The notes beneath the pieces are model-generated. The model did no database searches. It saw only the letters and a list, made by a program, of their open reading frames with translations, and was not told the origin of the DNA. A program made the position numbers and the translations under genes. Shown here in pieces: positions 1 to 9,239 of a DNA stretch of 50,682 bases. Position 1 is the stretch's first letter. Each line of letters begins with the position of its first letter. The stretch comes from an uncultured Nitrospiraceae bacterium. Lineage in GTDB: Bacteria > Pseudomonadota > Gammaproteobacteria > Acidiferrobacterales > SPGG2. Location of the stretch: positions 1 through 50,682 of the forward strand of contig CAYGAS010000078.1 in NCBI GenBank assembly GCA_964347935.1, written 5' to 3'.

Positions 1-393
1 CAGCAGCTCGCCAAAGCCTTCGAGGAAAAAGGTGAGCCCGATCGTCGCCATGAACAAAATGATGTGCTCCTGATTCACCAACGGGCGCAACATGAGCCGT
101 TCGATGACGAAAGCGAGCACGATCATGACCGCCATCGTCAGGATCATCGCCAGCCACACCGGCACCCCGTGCTCCATCAAGCCGACGAGCGTGAGGGCGG
201 CGAACAATACCATCACTCCCTGGGCAAAATTGAAGATACCGGAGGCCTTGAAGATCAGGACGAATCCCAAAGCCACCAGTGAGTACATGACACCGGTGAG
301 CAAACCGTTTGCAACGACCTCCACCAGAAACACGGGAAAGCCCCACATGTTGACGAAGGGGGCGACGAAAAAGGCGTGCAGCGCTTGCAACAC
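1..393 (-). CDS. LIV-type (branched-chain amino acid family) ABC transporter permease, LivH-like, N-terminal part; gene runs off the left edge
   Basis: Absent from the ORF track because it is open at the window edge. Reverse-strand reading from GTG 393..391 (alternative ATG 348..346) gives VLQALHAFFVAPFVNMWGFPVFLVEVVANGLLTGVMYSLVALGFVLIFKASGIFNFAQGVMVLFAAL..., a typical LivH-type permease N-terminus. It starts 12 nt downstream of the LivG-like ATPase stop. Confidence 0.75.
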   Translation of the reverse strand, partial: MLQALHAFFVAPFVNMWGFPVFLVEVVANGLLTGVMYSLVALGFVLIFKASGIFNFAQGVMVLFAALTLVGLMEHGVPVWLAMILTMAVMIVLAFVIERLMLRPLVNQEHIILFMATIGLTFFLEGFGELL

Positions 394-405
394 TTTCTAA
401 TCCCC

Positions 406-1191
406 CTAGTGGGCCACCCCGAGATAGGCGTCGATCACGTCCCGATTACTGCGCACCTCGTCAGGCGTGCCATCAGCAATCTTGCGCCCATAGTCGAGCA
501 CCACCACCCGGTCAGAGATATCCATCACCACGCCCATATCGTGCTCGATAAGAACAATGGTGGTACCGAATTCCTCGTTCACGTCTAGGACGAAGCGACA
601 CATGTCTTCCTTTTCCTCGGTGTTCATGCCAGCCATGGGCTCATCCAGCAACAGCAGATCGGGTTCTGCTGCGAGTGCACGGCCCAGTTCCACCCGTTTC
701 TGCAACCCGTAAGGTAGCCGGCCGACGGGGACCTTGCGGATGGCCTGGATCTCGAGGAAATCGATGATGTGCTCGACGAACTCACGATGCTCTGTTTCCT
801 CACGCCGGGCGGGCCCCACGTAAAGCGCCTGCAGCAGGAAGTTCTTGCGCATCTTGAGGTTACGCCCGGTCATGATGTTGTCGAGCGTGCTCATGCCCTT
901 GAAGAGCGCAATGTTCTGAAACGTGCGCGCAATACCAGCCGCCGCCGCCTCATGGGTACGCATATGGCTGCGGCGCACACCCTTGTAGGAAATGCTGCCT
1001 TCCTGCGGCTGGTAAAACCCATTGATGACGTTCAGCATCGAGCTCTTGCCGGCCCCATTGGGCCCGATGATGGCCCGCATCTCGCGTTGCCGCACATCAA
1101 AGCTCACGTGCTCCAGTGCCTTCACACCGCCGAACGCCAGGCTGACGCCCTCGACCGCAAGCAGGACATCACCGAACTCTCTGGACTGCAC
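406..1191 (-). CDS. ABC transporter ATP-binding protein, LivG-like
   Basis: 261-aa ORF with Walker A GPNGAGKSS and Walker B LLLLDEPMAGM, and LivG-like overall layout. It lies 15 nt downstream of the acyl-CoA synthetase gene. Confidence 0.9.
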   Translation of the reverse strand: MQSREFGDVLLAVEGVSLAFGGVKALEHVSFDVRQREMRAIIGPNGAGKSSMLNVINGFYQPQEGSISYKGVRRSHMRTHEAAAAGIARTFQNIALFKGMSTLDNIMTGRNLKMRKNFLLQALYVGPARREETEHREFVEHIIDFLEIQAIRKVPVGRLPYGLQKRVELGRALAAEPDLLLLDEPMAGMNTEEKEDMCRFVLDVNEEFGTTIVLIEHDMGVVMDISDRVVVLDYGRKIADGTPDEVRSNRDVIDAYLGVAH

Positions 1192-1206
1192 TAGGGAATA
1201 CCTCCG

Positions 1207-3201
1207 CTAGTCCGCGGCGGCGGAAAGCCGCGCCGTAGGCACGTCGAAGATTGTCAAATCGGCACGAATCACACCCTTGCGTCCGTCTTCGAACGTGACC
1301 TCGGTTTCAATGGGGCAGTGGGTCTCGCCCGAATACAGCGCGTCGATCAGCTTCTGGTACTTGTCGGCTACGAAGCGGCGGCGCACCTTGCGCGTGCGCG
1401 TGAGCTCGCCGTCGTCTGCATCAAGCTCCTTGTGCAGTAACAAGAAGCGACGGACCTGCGATGCGGCCAGATGCGGGTCCTCGGCTAGATCGCGATTGAC
1501 CTGTTCGACACAGTCCTCGATCAGCGCGTAGACCTCCTTGCGACTGGCGAGATCCTGGTAGCTGGCGTAGGCAATATTCTGTCGCTCGGCCCAGTTTCCG
1601 ACGGCTTCGAGATCGATGTTGAGGAAAACCACTGTGTAGTCACGTCCGGCACCGAACGCAACCGCTTCCTTGATGTAGGGAAAGAACTTGAGCTTGTTTT
1701 CGATGTACTTGGGGGCAAACATCGAGCCGTCGTTCAGCTTGCCCACATCCTTTGCCCGATCGATGATTTTTAACTGTCCGTCCTGGTCAAAAAATCCCGC
1801 GTCGCCAGTCTGGACCCACCCGTCTTGGGTCTTGGTCTCGGCCGTCGCCTCGGGATTCTTGTAGTACTCCTTGAAGACGCCCGGGCTGCGATATGTTACC
1901 TCGCCAGCTTCAGTGATCTTGATTTCGACATCCGGTGCCGCCACGCCGACGGTGTCCGGCTTGACCTTGCCATCGGGTTGCATGGTAACGAACACCGCCG
2001 CCTCGGTCTGACCATAGAGCTGCTTGACGTTAACGCCCAACGACCGATAGAACTCGAAGATATCAGGGCCGATCGCCTCGCCCGCGGTGTAGGCAAGCCG
2101 GATTCGCGAGAAACCCAATGTGTTTCTCAGCGGACTATAAACCAGCGCGTTGCCAACGGCGTAGAGCATGCGTTTGTGTAGAGGCACGGCTTTGGCATCA
2201 AGAATCTTGCTGCCGACCTCACGGGCAAGACCCATAAAGTAGTTGAAAATCTTTCGCTTCAGCCACGCGGCATCCTCCATGCGGATCATCACGGTCGTGA
2301 GAATGTTCTCGAAGATGCGCGGTGGCGCAAAGAAAAAGGTCGGCCCGATCTCGCGCAGGTCTTGTAAAACCGTGGCGCTGCTCTCCGGGCAGCTCACACA
2401 GAAACCTGCCACATAGGATTCACCGTAGGAAAACACGTGGTCACCGACCCACGCCATCGGCAGATAAGCAAGCACCTCTTCGTCCTGGTGCAGATTATCG
2501 AACTTGATGCCGTTACGTGCGGTGATGATGACGTTATCGTGCGTCAGCATCACGCCTTTGGGATTACCCGTGGTGCCAGAGGTATAGAGGATGACCGAGA
2601 TGTCGTCGCCCCGACCCCGATTTACCTGGTCCATGTAAAACCCGGGGTGGTCGGTATCGAATTGACGCCCCAGTTTCTGGATGTCCACAAAATCGTGCAG
2701 GCAGTCCTGTGTATAGTTGCGAAGCCCACGCGTGTCGTCATAAATAATGAGCTCCAGTTTCGGACAACGCTGCATGATCTCGAGTAATTTGTCGACCTGT
2801 TCCTGGTCCTCAGCCAGCGCGAAGCGCGCTTCGGCATGCTCGACGACGAATTGCAGCTCTTGCGCGACCGAGTCTTGGTACATCGGCACCGGGATTCCGC
2901 CAAGCGCCTGCGCTGCACACATCCCCCAGTACAGCCGCGGGCGGTTGTCACCGACGATGGCGAGCTTGTCGCCGCGCTTGAACCCCTTGGCCGCCAGCCC
3001 ACAGGCCAATGCCCGCACCTCGTCGGCAACCTGACCCCACGTCCAGGTCTGCCAGATACCGTAGTCTTTCTCGCGAATCGCCGGCCGGGCGTCGATGATC
3101 CCGGCTTGCGCAAGCAAAATTTTGGGGAAAGTATCCAGCGGCTGTGGGGTCTGCGGGGACGAGACCGTCCCCGGATGGTCATTGCGCGTAGAATCGTTCA
3201 T
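1207..3201 (-). CDS. AMP-dependent acyl-CoA synthetase (long-chain-fatty-acid--CoA ligase-like, 664 aa)
   Basis: AMP-binding signature LYTSGTTGNPKGVMLTH, plus YGQTE and GWVQTGDAG motifs. It is the first gene of the ligase / ABC ATPase / permease operon. Confidence 0.9.
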   Translation of the reverse strand: MNDSTRNDHPGTVSSPQTPQPLDTFPKILLAQAGIIDARPAIREKDYGIWQTWTWGQVADEVRALACGLAAKGFKRGDKLAIVGDNRPRLYWGMCAAQALGGIPVPMYQDSVAQELQFVVEHAEARFALAEDQEQVDKLLEIMQRCPKLELIIYDDTRGLRNYTQDCLHDFVDIQKLGRQFDTDHPGFYMDQVNRGRGDDISVILYTSGTTGNPKGVMLTHDNVIITARNGIKFDNLHQDEEVLAYLPMAWVGDHVFSYGESYVAGFCVSCPESSATVLQDLREIGPTFFFAPPRIFENILTTVMIRMEDAAWLKRKIFNYFMGLAREVGSKILDAKAVPLHKRMLYAVGNALVYSPLRNTLGFSRIRLAYTAGEAIGPDIFEFYRSLGVNVKQLYGQTEAAVFVTMQPDGKVKPDTVGVAAPDVEIKITEAGEVTYRSPGVFKEYYKNPEATAETKTQDGWVQTGDAGFFDQDGQLKIIDRAKDVGKLNDGSMFAPKYIENKLKFFPYIKEAVAFGAGRDYTVVFLNIDLEAVGNWAERQNIAYASYQDLASRKEVYALIEDCVEQVNRDLAEDPHLAASQVRRFLLLHKELDADDGELTRTRKVRRRFVADKYQKLIDALYSGETHCPIETEVTFEDGRKGVIRADLTIFDVPTARLSAAAD

Positions 3202-3461
3202 GGCGTTGCTTACCCAAGCGATATGCTCCTCCGAAGGTGGGCGCGCAAGCGCCTAAATGTCTCCGATCTATAAGGAGTTTGCAATAGTCGCTACTCGGGC
3301 GCACCTCGCGAGACGAGGTTCCTTGCCGCGTCGCGTTGTCATCGCCTGCGACGGCCTGGCGTACCCCGTCGAGCGGGTGCGTCGGCCACACCACCCAGGA
3401 CCGTGCCCATACAAAGCGCCTTGCGCGAGCGATTGACGCTGGCACGCGGGCCGTGTTAGAA

Positions 3462-3481
3462 AAACAAACGACCGTTTGTTT
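3462..3481. promoter_or_regulatory. Candidate TetR operator: 9-bp perfect inverted repeat AAACAAACG-AC-CGTTTGTTT
   Basis: Read directly from the sequence. It ends 13 nt upstream of the preferred TetR start (ATG 3495), inside the divergent spacer shared with the acyl-CoA synthetase gene (start 3201). Confidence 0.5.
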
Positions 3482-3494
3482 CCGTTCCGCCAGC

Positions 3495-4082
3495 ATGCCC
3501 AGCAGCACGCCAGTCAGACAAGACAACCGCAGGCAACAGTTGCTCGATGCCGCGGCTCGCCTCTTCAGCGCCCACGGCTATCACGCCACCTCGATGCGCG
3601 ACATCAGTGCGGCCGTGGGGATGTTGCCGGGCTCGGTTTATTACCACTTTGCATCCAAGGATGAGTTGCTCCTGACGGTGTACGAGGAAGGCGTGCGGCG
3701 TATCGCCGAAAGCGTGGACCTGGCGGTCGCGCGCGAAAAGCAGCCGCATCGCCGCCTCGAAGCGGCCTGTGTGGCCCATCTGGAAATGCTGCTCGACCAG
3801 AGCGATTACGCCCAAGTGGTGTTGCGCGTCCTGCCGGACGACGCCTTGCCGGTCAAGCCAAGGCTCGTCGCCTTGCGCGATCAGTATGAATCGCGGTTCA
3901 AGCAGCTGGTCGCCGCGCTTACACTTACGCCCGCCGTCGACCCGCACTACTTTCGCTTGTTGCTCTTGGGCGCACTCAACTGGTCACAGACCTGGTACCG
4001 GCCCGGCCGCGATTCCCCTCGTACCGTCGCAAGACAGCTCTTGCGCGCCTTGCATCCCTCCTTGAGATCGAGAGGCCAATGA
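3495..4082 (+). CDS. TetR/AcrR family transcriptional regulator
   Basis: HTH region LLDAAARLFSAHGYHATSMRDISAAVGMLPGSVYYHFASKDELL. The track ORF begins at 3336, but its first 53 aa are Arg/Ala-rich and cover the palindrome, so internal ATG 3495 is preferred. The stop overlaps the next gene's start (ATGA at 4079-4082). Confidence 0.85.
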   Translation: MPSSTPVRQDNRRQQLLDAAARLFSAHGYHATSMRDISAAVGMLPGSVYYHFASKDELLLTVYEEGVRRIAESVDLAVAREKQPHRRLEAACVAHLEMLLDQSDYAQVVLRVLPDDALPVKPRLVALRDQYESRFKQLVAALTLTPAVDPHYFRLLLLGALNWSQTWYRPGRDSPRTVARQLLRALHPSLRSRGQ

Positions 4083-4510
4083 GCTCGATCCCGCTCGATA
4101 CCCGCCCACCGAAAGTGTTGATGACGAAGATCGGTCTTGACGGTCACGACCGCGGCAGCCGCATCGTTGCCACTTTTCTTCGCGACGCGGGCATGGAGGT
4201 CGTCTACACGGGCCCGTGGCAGCAAATTCCAGCTATCCTGAAGCTCGCGCTGGAGGAGGATGTCGATGTCATCGGCGTCAGCTGCCTGGCAACTGATCAC
4301 CTGTTAGTGCCGAAACTGATGCATGCCTTGCGCGATGCGGGGTTGGAACATATCAAGGTGGTCGTCGGCGGGATTGTCCCCGATAGCGACAGCGCCGAAT
4401 TGCTTGCCGCGGGCGTCAGCAGGATTTTTCATCCTGGAAGCTCGCGCGAAGAAATTGTTGCCGAGGTTGCTCGTCTGAGCACCGAGGCGCGCACACTGCC
4501 ACCGGCTTAG
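4079..4510 (+). CDS. Cobalamin-binding small subunit of a split acyl-CoA mutase
   Basis: 143 aa with B12-binding motifs [10 protein letters not shown] (DxHxxG), [10 protein letters not shown] (SxL-type) and VVVGGIVP (GG). Confidence 0.9.
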   Translation: MSSIPLDTRPPKVLMTKIGLDGHDRGSRIVATFLRDAGMEVVYTGPWQQIPAILKLALEEDVDVIGVSCLATDHLLVPKLMHALRDAGLEHIKVVVGGIVPDSDSAELLAAGVSRIFHPGSSREEIVAEVARLSTEARTLPPA

Positions 4511-4524
4511 CAGAGGAACCGAGC

Positions 4525-6207
4525 ATGAGCACACAACCGCAGCAACTTCCCCTGCCCGGATTCGAACAGGCCGGCGACGCCTGGCGACGCGATTATGCGG
4601 CGCAAATGGCGCAGGAACGGCCCCGGCACAATCGCTCGGGCCTCGAGTTGAAGCCCTTGTACACCCCACAAGACTGGGACAGCGAGCGTTACATGAGCGA
4701 TCTCGGATTTCCCGGTCAGCTGCCAATGACGCGCGGCATCTACCCCACCATGTATCGTGGCCGCGTTTGGAGCCAGCGACAGCTCATTGGTCTCGGCATA
4801 CCCGAGGACTACAACGAGCGTCTGCGCTTGATACTGCAGGCGGGCGGCTCGGCGATCAGCCTGATTCCGTGTAATTCCGTGTATCGCGGCTACGACGTCG
4901 ACGAGGTCGATCCGTTGCTGCTCGGTACGTGCGGAACCATGGTGAACTCGGTCGATGACATGGATATATGCCTGCGTCATGTTCCGATCGATCAGATATC
5001 GACCGCGCTGAACGACCCGCTTCCGTTTACGCTGCTGGCATTGCTGCTGAGCGTCGCCCGACGACGCGATATACCTTGGTCGAAGATCACCGGCACCTCG
5101 AACCAGAGCGACTATGTCTCTCACTTCGTCGCCAATCACATGTTCTTCAGGCTGTCACTGGCGGGCTCGCGTCGCGTGCTCGTAGACCACATCGCTTTCA
5201 CCAACCAGCAAGTGCCGGGCTGGAATCCCGTATCCGTCGTAGGGCAGCATATGCAACAAGCCGGCGCCACGCCGGCGGAGGCGATGGCCTTTACGCTCTG
5301 CACCGCCATCCAATACGCCGAAGACTGTATGGCACACGGCATGGAACCGGACAGCTTTCTGCCGCGCTTTACGTTTTTCTTCGACGTCTCGATCAGCTTC
5401 TTCGAGGAGATTGCCAAGCTGCGCGCCGGGCGCCGGCTGTGGTCGCGCATCGCACGCGAACGCCTGGGTGCCAAGGATCCGCGTTCCTGGCGCTTCAAGT
5501 TCCACGCCCAAACCTCCGGAGTGGACCTCACGCGCCAGCAACCCTTGAACAATATTGCGCGCGTGACCGTGCAGGCGATGGCTGCGCTTTTCGGCAGCCC
5601 GCAATCGCTGCACACAGACGCCTACGACGAGGTGTTGAGCACACCCGCGGCGGAGGCCGCACGCATCGCTGTCAGCACCCAGAACATACTTCGCGAGGAG
5701 GCGCGCCTGGCCGATGTGATCGATCCGCTGGGCGGCTCCTATTATATGGAATCGCTGACAAACGCGATGGAACAGGAGATCGACACAATCATCAACCGGA
5801 TCGACGCTGCCGGCGGCATGTATAAGGCGGTCGAGGCCGGCCTGGTGCAAGCGCGGATCGGCGACTCAGCGCTGAGCTTCCAGCACCAGGTCGAAGCCGG
5901 CCAGCAGAAAATCGTCGGCGTCAACGCCTACCAGGTCGAAGAAACGGCGGGCGAGCACGCGCCGCTCGAACGCCCCAAGCCCACAGCGGTGGCGGCGCAA
6001 ATCGCGCGGTTGCGGGCATTCAAGGGGTCACGCGATCAGGCTGCGGTGCGCTCGGCGCTCGACCAGCTGGCGGCGGCGGCCAATCACAAGCGCCGCAATG
6101 TGTTCGCTGCCGTCGTCGAGGCGGCGCACGCCTGCGCAACGCACGGCGAGATCGTCGCCTGCCTGCGCCGCGAGCTTGGCGAGGGCCAGCCGCTGGTCCT
6201 CACCTGA
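4525..6207 (+). CDS. Methylmalonyl-CoA mutase-family large (substrate-binding) subunit, divergent, specificity unknown
   Basis: 560 aa with family blocks [40 protein letters not shown] and [18 protein letters not shown] lies 7 nt upstream of the ATG. Pocket residues are atypical (see findings). Confidence 0.9.
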   Translation: MSTQPQQLPLPGFEQAGDAWRRDYAAQMAQERPRHNRSGLELKPLYTPQDWDSERYMSDLGFPGQLPMTRGIYPTMYRGRVWSQRQLIGLGIPEDYNERLRLILQAGGSAISLIPCNSVYRGYDVDEVDPLLLGTCGTMVNSVDDMDICLRHVPIDQISTALNDPLPFTLLALLLSVARRRDIPWSKITGTSNQSDYVSHFVANHMFFRLSLAGSRRVLVDHIAFTNQQVPGWNPVSVVGQHMQQAGATPAEAMAFTLCTAIQYAEDCMAHGMEPDSFLPRFTFFFDVSISFFEEIAKLRAGRRLWSRIARERLGAKDPRSWRFKFHAQTSGVDLTRQQPLNNIARVTVQAMAALFGSPQSLHTDAYDEVLSTPAAEAARIAVSTQNILREEARLADVIDPLGGSYYMESLTNAMEQEIDTIINRIDAAGGMYKAVEAGLVQARIGDSALSFQHQVEAGQQKIVGVNAYQVEETAGEHAPLERPKPTAVAAQIARLRAFKGSRDQAAVRSALDQLAAAANHKRRNVFAAVVEAAHACATHGEIVACLRRELGEGQPLVLT

Positions 6208-6284
6208 GCTCGCTCGCCGCAAGGGAGAAGGGCGAGGCGGCTGCCGCAGCGCCGCAGCCCCAGGCCATCGGTGTGCTGATGGCG

Positions 6285-6710
6285 CTAGCGCGGCAAGCTT
6301 GCCTTGATGCGCTCGCTGACCGCTTTGATCGCATCCATCTCGCCCGGCCGCAATCCCCAGTTGAGCTTGAGCTCGTCGGCCTCGGCGCGCGGCAAGATGT
6401 GCATATGGAAGTGAAACACCGACTGCGCCGCCCCTTTGCCGTTGGCCTGGACCAGATTCATACCGTAAGGGCTGAGGGCGGTGTTCACCGCGTGGGCGAT
6501 TTTCTGCACCGTCTGTACAGTCGCGCCAAACAAGCCCGACGGAATGGCATACACGTCCTCCCAGTGCTCTTTCGGGATCACCAAGGCATGACCCTCATTC
6601 GCCGGGTTAATGTCCATGAACGCGAGCGTGAGATCGTCCTCGTAGAGCTTGAAGCAGGGGATCTCTCCGCTGACGATCTTGCAAAAAATGCAATTGGCAT
6701 CGTTGCGCAT
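6285..6710 (-). CDS. HIT (histidine triad) family protein
   Basis: 141 aa with N-terminal CIFCKI and the histidine triad HFHMHILPR. Confidence 0.9.
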   Translation of the reverse strand: MRNDANCIFCKIVSGEIPCFKLYEDDLTLAFMDINPANEGHALVIPKEHWEDVYAIPSGLFGATVQTVQKIAHAVNTALSPYGMNLVQANGKGAAQSVFHFHMHILPRAEADELKLNWGLRPGEMDAIKAVSERIKASLPR

Positions 6711-6716
6711 TGTTTT

Positions 6717-6812
6717 GGTGACTGGTGACTCGTGATTGGTGACTAGTGGATCACATCATAGGAAATTTTCCGCCACGAGTCACCAACGACTAATCACCCA
6801 TCACTAATCGCT
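6717..6812. repeat. Inverted array of degenerate heptamer repeats (GGTGAyT-like), five per arm
   Basis: Left arm: GGTGACT GGTGACT CGTGATT GGTGACT AGTGGAT (6717-6751). Right arm, read as reverse complement: AGCGATT AGTGATG GGTGATT AGTCGTT GGTGACT (6812-6778). The central spacer contains GGAAATTTTCC. Confidence 0.6.
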
Positions 6813-7499
6813 GGCGGCGGTTTTCATCGCATTGCGCAGGAAGGCTTTTTGATGAAAGTGCGCCTGCGGGCGCGGGTACTGAAACTTTGCGCCCACCGGA
6901 CAGGCGCGGCGCGCGAGACAACCCCCATGCAGACACTCGCCACCGGCCTCGTTGCCCAGGTGGTCGAGGCACGCCAGCATGTCGAAGTGACCGGGAGTCA
7001 GTGCGCCGACCGGACAAGTCGAAAGGCACGGGCGTGTCGTACAGTGTTGGCACGGCGTGGTGCGCGCAACCGGTGGCGGCAACTCGATGCGTTGCGCGAA
7101 CGCGAGCGCACCACGGTACGCGTGCCACAGGCCATAGTCAGGGTGAATCAACGGGCCGATCGGTGATGGCGCCACCGCACCGGCATGTTGCGCCCAGCGT
7201 TGAAACGGCAAATACGGCGGCCCTGAAAACGGGAACAAGGCATGGGCCTTTAGCTTGCGCGCCACCGCGGTGAGCAACTGCTCCGTCCATTGATCGAGCG
7301 AGAGCGTTCCGCCTGCCTTTTTTACGGCGACTTGGAACGGGCGCCACAGCGAATCACCGACGTTACCCGCGAGCACCACAGTTTTGGCGGGACGTCCATC
7401 GGGCAAGGGTGGCACATGATCGTCAATGTGCGGGTGAAACCCGCCACGCGCAAGCAGCCCGCAGTCGCGCAATGCTTTTTCGATCTTCGCCAGCTCCAT
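6804..7499 (-). CDS. 4Fe-4S cluster-binding (ferredoxin-domain) protein of unknown function
   Basis: 231 aa. C-terminal Cys motifs CQHCTTRPCLSTCP and CLHGGCLARRACP are typical of a dicluster ferredoxin fold. The N-terminal two thirds are not recognised. Confidence 0.7.
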   Translation of the reverse strand: MELAKIEKALRDCGLLARGGFHPHIDDHVPPLPDGRPAKTVVLAGNVGDSLWRPFQVAVKKAGGTLSLDQWTEQLLTAVARKLKAHALFPFSGPPYLPFQRWAQHAGAVAPSPIGPLIHPDYGLWHAYRGALAFAQRIELPPPVARTTPCQHCTTRPCLSTCPVGALTPGHFDMLACLDHLGNEAGGECLHGGCLARRACPVGAKFQYPRPQAHFHQKAFLRNAMKTAASD

Positions 7500-7507
7500 T
7501 CGGACGT

Positions 7508-8173
7508 TTAGGCCTCAGGCAGCAAATCAGCGTAAGCAAAACCACCGCGCTGCGACACCCTGCCCGCGCGCAGCGCGATGGGATGACGAAACATCGGCCC
7601 GTCGTACACAAAAGTGTGAAACTCACCGTTCTCGCCACAATGATCGACCGCGCCCGGCAAGTCCGCCAGGAATTTCTGATCGTAGTCGCGGCCGGCAAAA
7701 GACGCCGGTAATACATTCAGATCGACACAGCTCACGCGTGCCCGCAAACCCGCGTCGACCATCTCGCCGGCCAGCGCTGAGGTGTCGCGCCCCCACAGCG
7801 GGAACAGGGGCTCGATACCGGTACCCGCCAACAGCTGTTCACGATAGGCCCGAATATCCTGCAGGTGCAAGTCACCGAATATGGCCGCGCTGATCCCCCG
7901 CCGGCCCGCCTCTGCCAGCGCATCGCCGACCACCGCCTCGTAGTGCTGGTTCGAACAGGGATCGGGCAGCGGCAGACGCCTGACCGGCAGCCCGCACGCC
8001 TGCGCCTGGGCGCCCAGCAGCCTCTCTCGCACGCCGTGGATCGCGATCCGCCGTACGGGTCTGTTAACGGTCGTAATCAGTCCAACCACTTCGATATCAC
8101 CTTGGCGGCGTGACAGATGCAGCGCATAGGCACTGTCCTTGCCGCTGCTCCAGAAAAGAAGCGCCTTTCTCAT
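7508..8173 (-). CDS. PP-loop ATP pyrophosphatase, MJ0570/Dph6-related family
   Basis: 221 aa with the N-terminal PP-loop-like motif LLFWSSGKDSAYAL. Size and layout resemble adenine nucleotide alpha-hydrolase domain proteins. Confidence 0.7.
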   Translation of the reverse strand: MRKALLFWSSGKDSAYALHLSRRQGDIEVVGLITTVNRPVRRIAIHGVRERLLGAQAQACGLPVRRLPLPDPCSNQHYEAVVGDALAEAGRRGISAAIFGDLHLQDIRAYREQLLAGTGIEPLFPLWGRDTSALAGEMVDAGLRARVSCVDLNVLPASFAGRDYDQKFLADLPGAVDHCGENGEFHTFVYDGPMFRHPIALRAGRVSQRGGFAYADLLPEA

Positions 8174-8457
8174 CGAGCAATCGGCCGCCTGTCGGTCTCG
8201 CGCAGCTCGGTCCTATCCATCGGTGCACCATTGTAATAAAAGCCTGCTAGCGCGTCCGGATGCGACGTCGACACTGGGCCGGGGGCCGTGCCCGGCGCCC
8301 GCGGGTAAGCGAGCGTCTGTCGCCCGTGCATGTTTTCCGTTACGCTTGGTGCATATGCGCCTTGGCTGCCGAAACTGCGCCGGCGTCGAAAGCCGCTGTG
8401 TTTTCTGGCTGCACGAAGGCCATAAGCGTACACAAGGATTGAGGGACTCCTGAAGCG

Positions 8458-9228
8458 ATGGCCGCCAACATCTTCCAACTAAGCGGGCGCGCGGCGCTTG
8501 TCACCGGGGCATCGAGCGGTCTCGGCCGGCACTTTGCCATGACCCTGGCACAGGCGGGGGCGCACGTGGCTCTCGGCGCGCGCAGGATCGAGCAGCTGCA
8601 GGCATTGGCGCAGCAGATCGAAGCCGAGGGCGGTCACGCGTTAGCCGTGCAGATGGATGTGAGCTCGCAAGACAGCGTGCGCGAGGCATTCGAGCTCGCC
8701 GGGGCGCAGCTGGGCCCCATCGGCATTGTCGTTAACAACGCCGGTATCACGCACTCATCGCCGGCGCTCGAGCTCAGCCAAGACGACTGGCAGGCCGTCG
8801 TCGATACAAATCTCAAAGGCGCCTGGTTCGTGGCGCAGCAGGCCGCACAGCGTCTGGTCGCAGCTGCTGTCGGTGGTAGCATCATCAATATAGTGTCGGT
8901 GCTGGCGTTCCGGGTAGCTGGCCACACCGCCGCCTACGCCGCATCCAAGGCCGCGCTGATGCAGCTCACGCGTACGCTTGCGCTCGAATGGGCACGGCAC
9001 CAGATTCGTGTGAACGCCATCGCGCCGGGATACATTGCCACCGATCTCAATCGGGAGTTTCTGGCGGGTAGCGCCGGTCAGGCCATGATCAAGCGCATTC
9101 CGCAGCGCCGTGCCGGCCGACCCGAAGATCTCGACGGCGCGTTGCTGCTGTTGGCATCCGATGCGTCACGCTACATGACCGGCAGCGTCATCGTCGTCGA
9201 CGGCGGACATCTACAGTCCACTTTGTAA
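8458..9228 (+). CDS. Short-chain dehydrogenase/reductase (SDR)
   Basis: 256 aa with cofactor motif TGASSGLG, NNAG, and catalytic YAASK. Confidence 0.9.
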   Translation: MAANIFQLSGRAALVTGASSGLGRHFAMTLAQAGAHVALGARRIEQLQALAQQIEAEGGHALAVQMDVSSQDSVREAFELAGAQLGPIGIVVNNAGITHSSPALELSQDDWQAVVDTNLKGAWFVAQQAAQRLVAAAVGGSIINIVSVLAFRVAGHTAAYAASKAALMQLTRTLALEWARHQIRVNAIAPGYIATDLNREFLAGSAGQAMIKRIPQRRAGRPEDLDGALLLLASDASRYMTGSVIVVDGGHLQSTL

Positions 9229-9239
9229 GGAACAGGACT

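Noticed and set aside
4968-5850. 285-aa off-frame plus ORF and 231-aa minus ORF within the mutase large-subunit gene
   Set aside because: They are Arg-rich and low-complexity, and they overlap a confidently identified gene.
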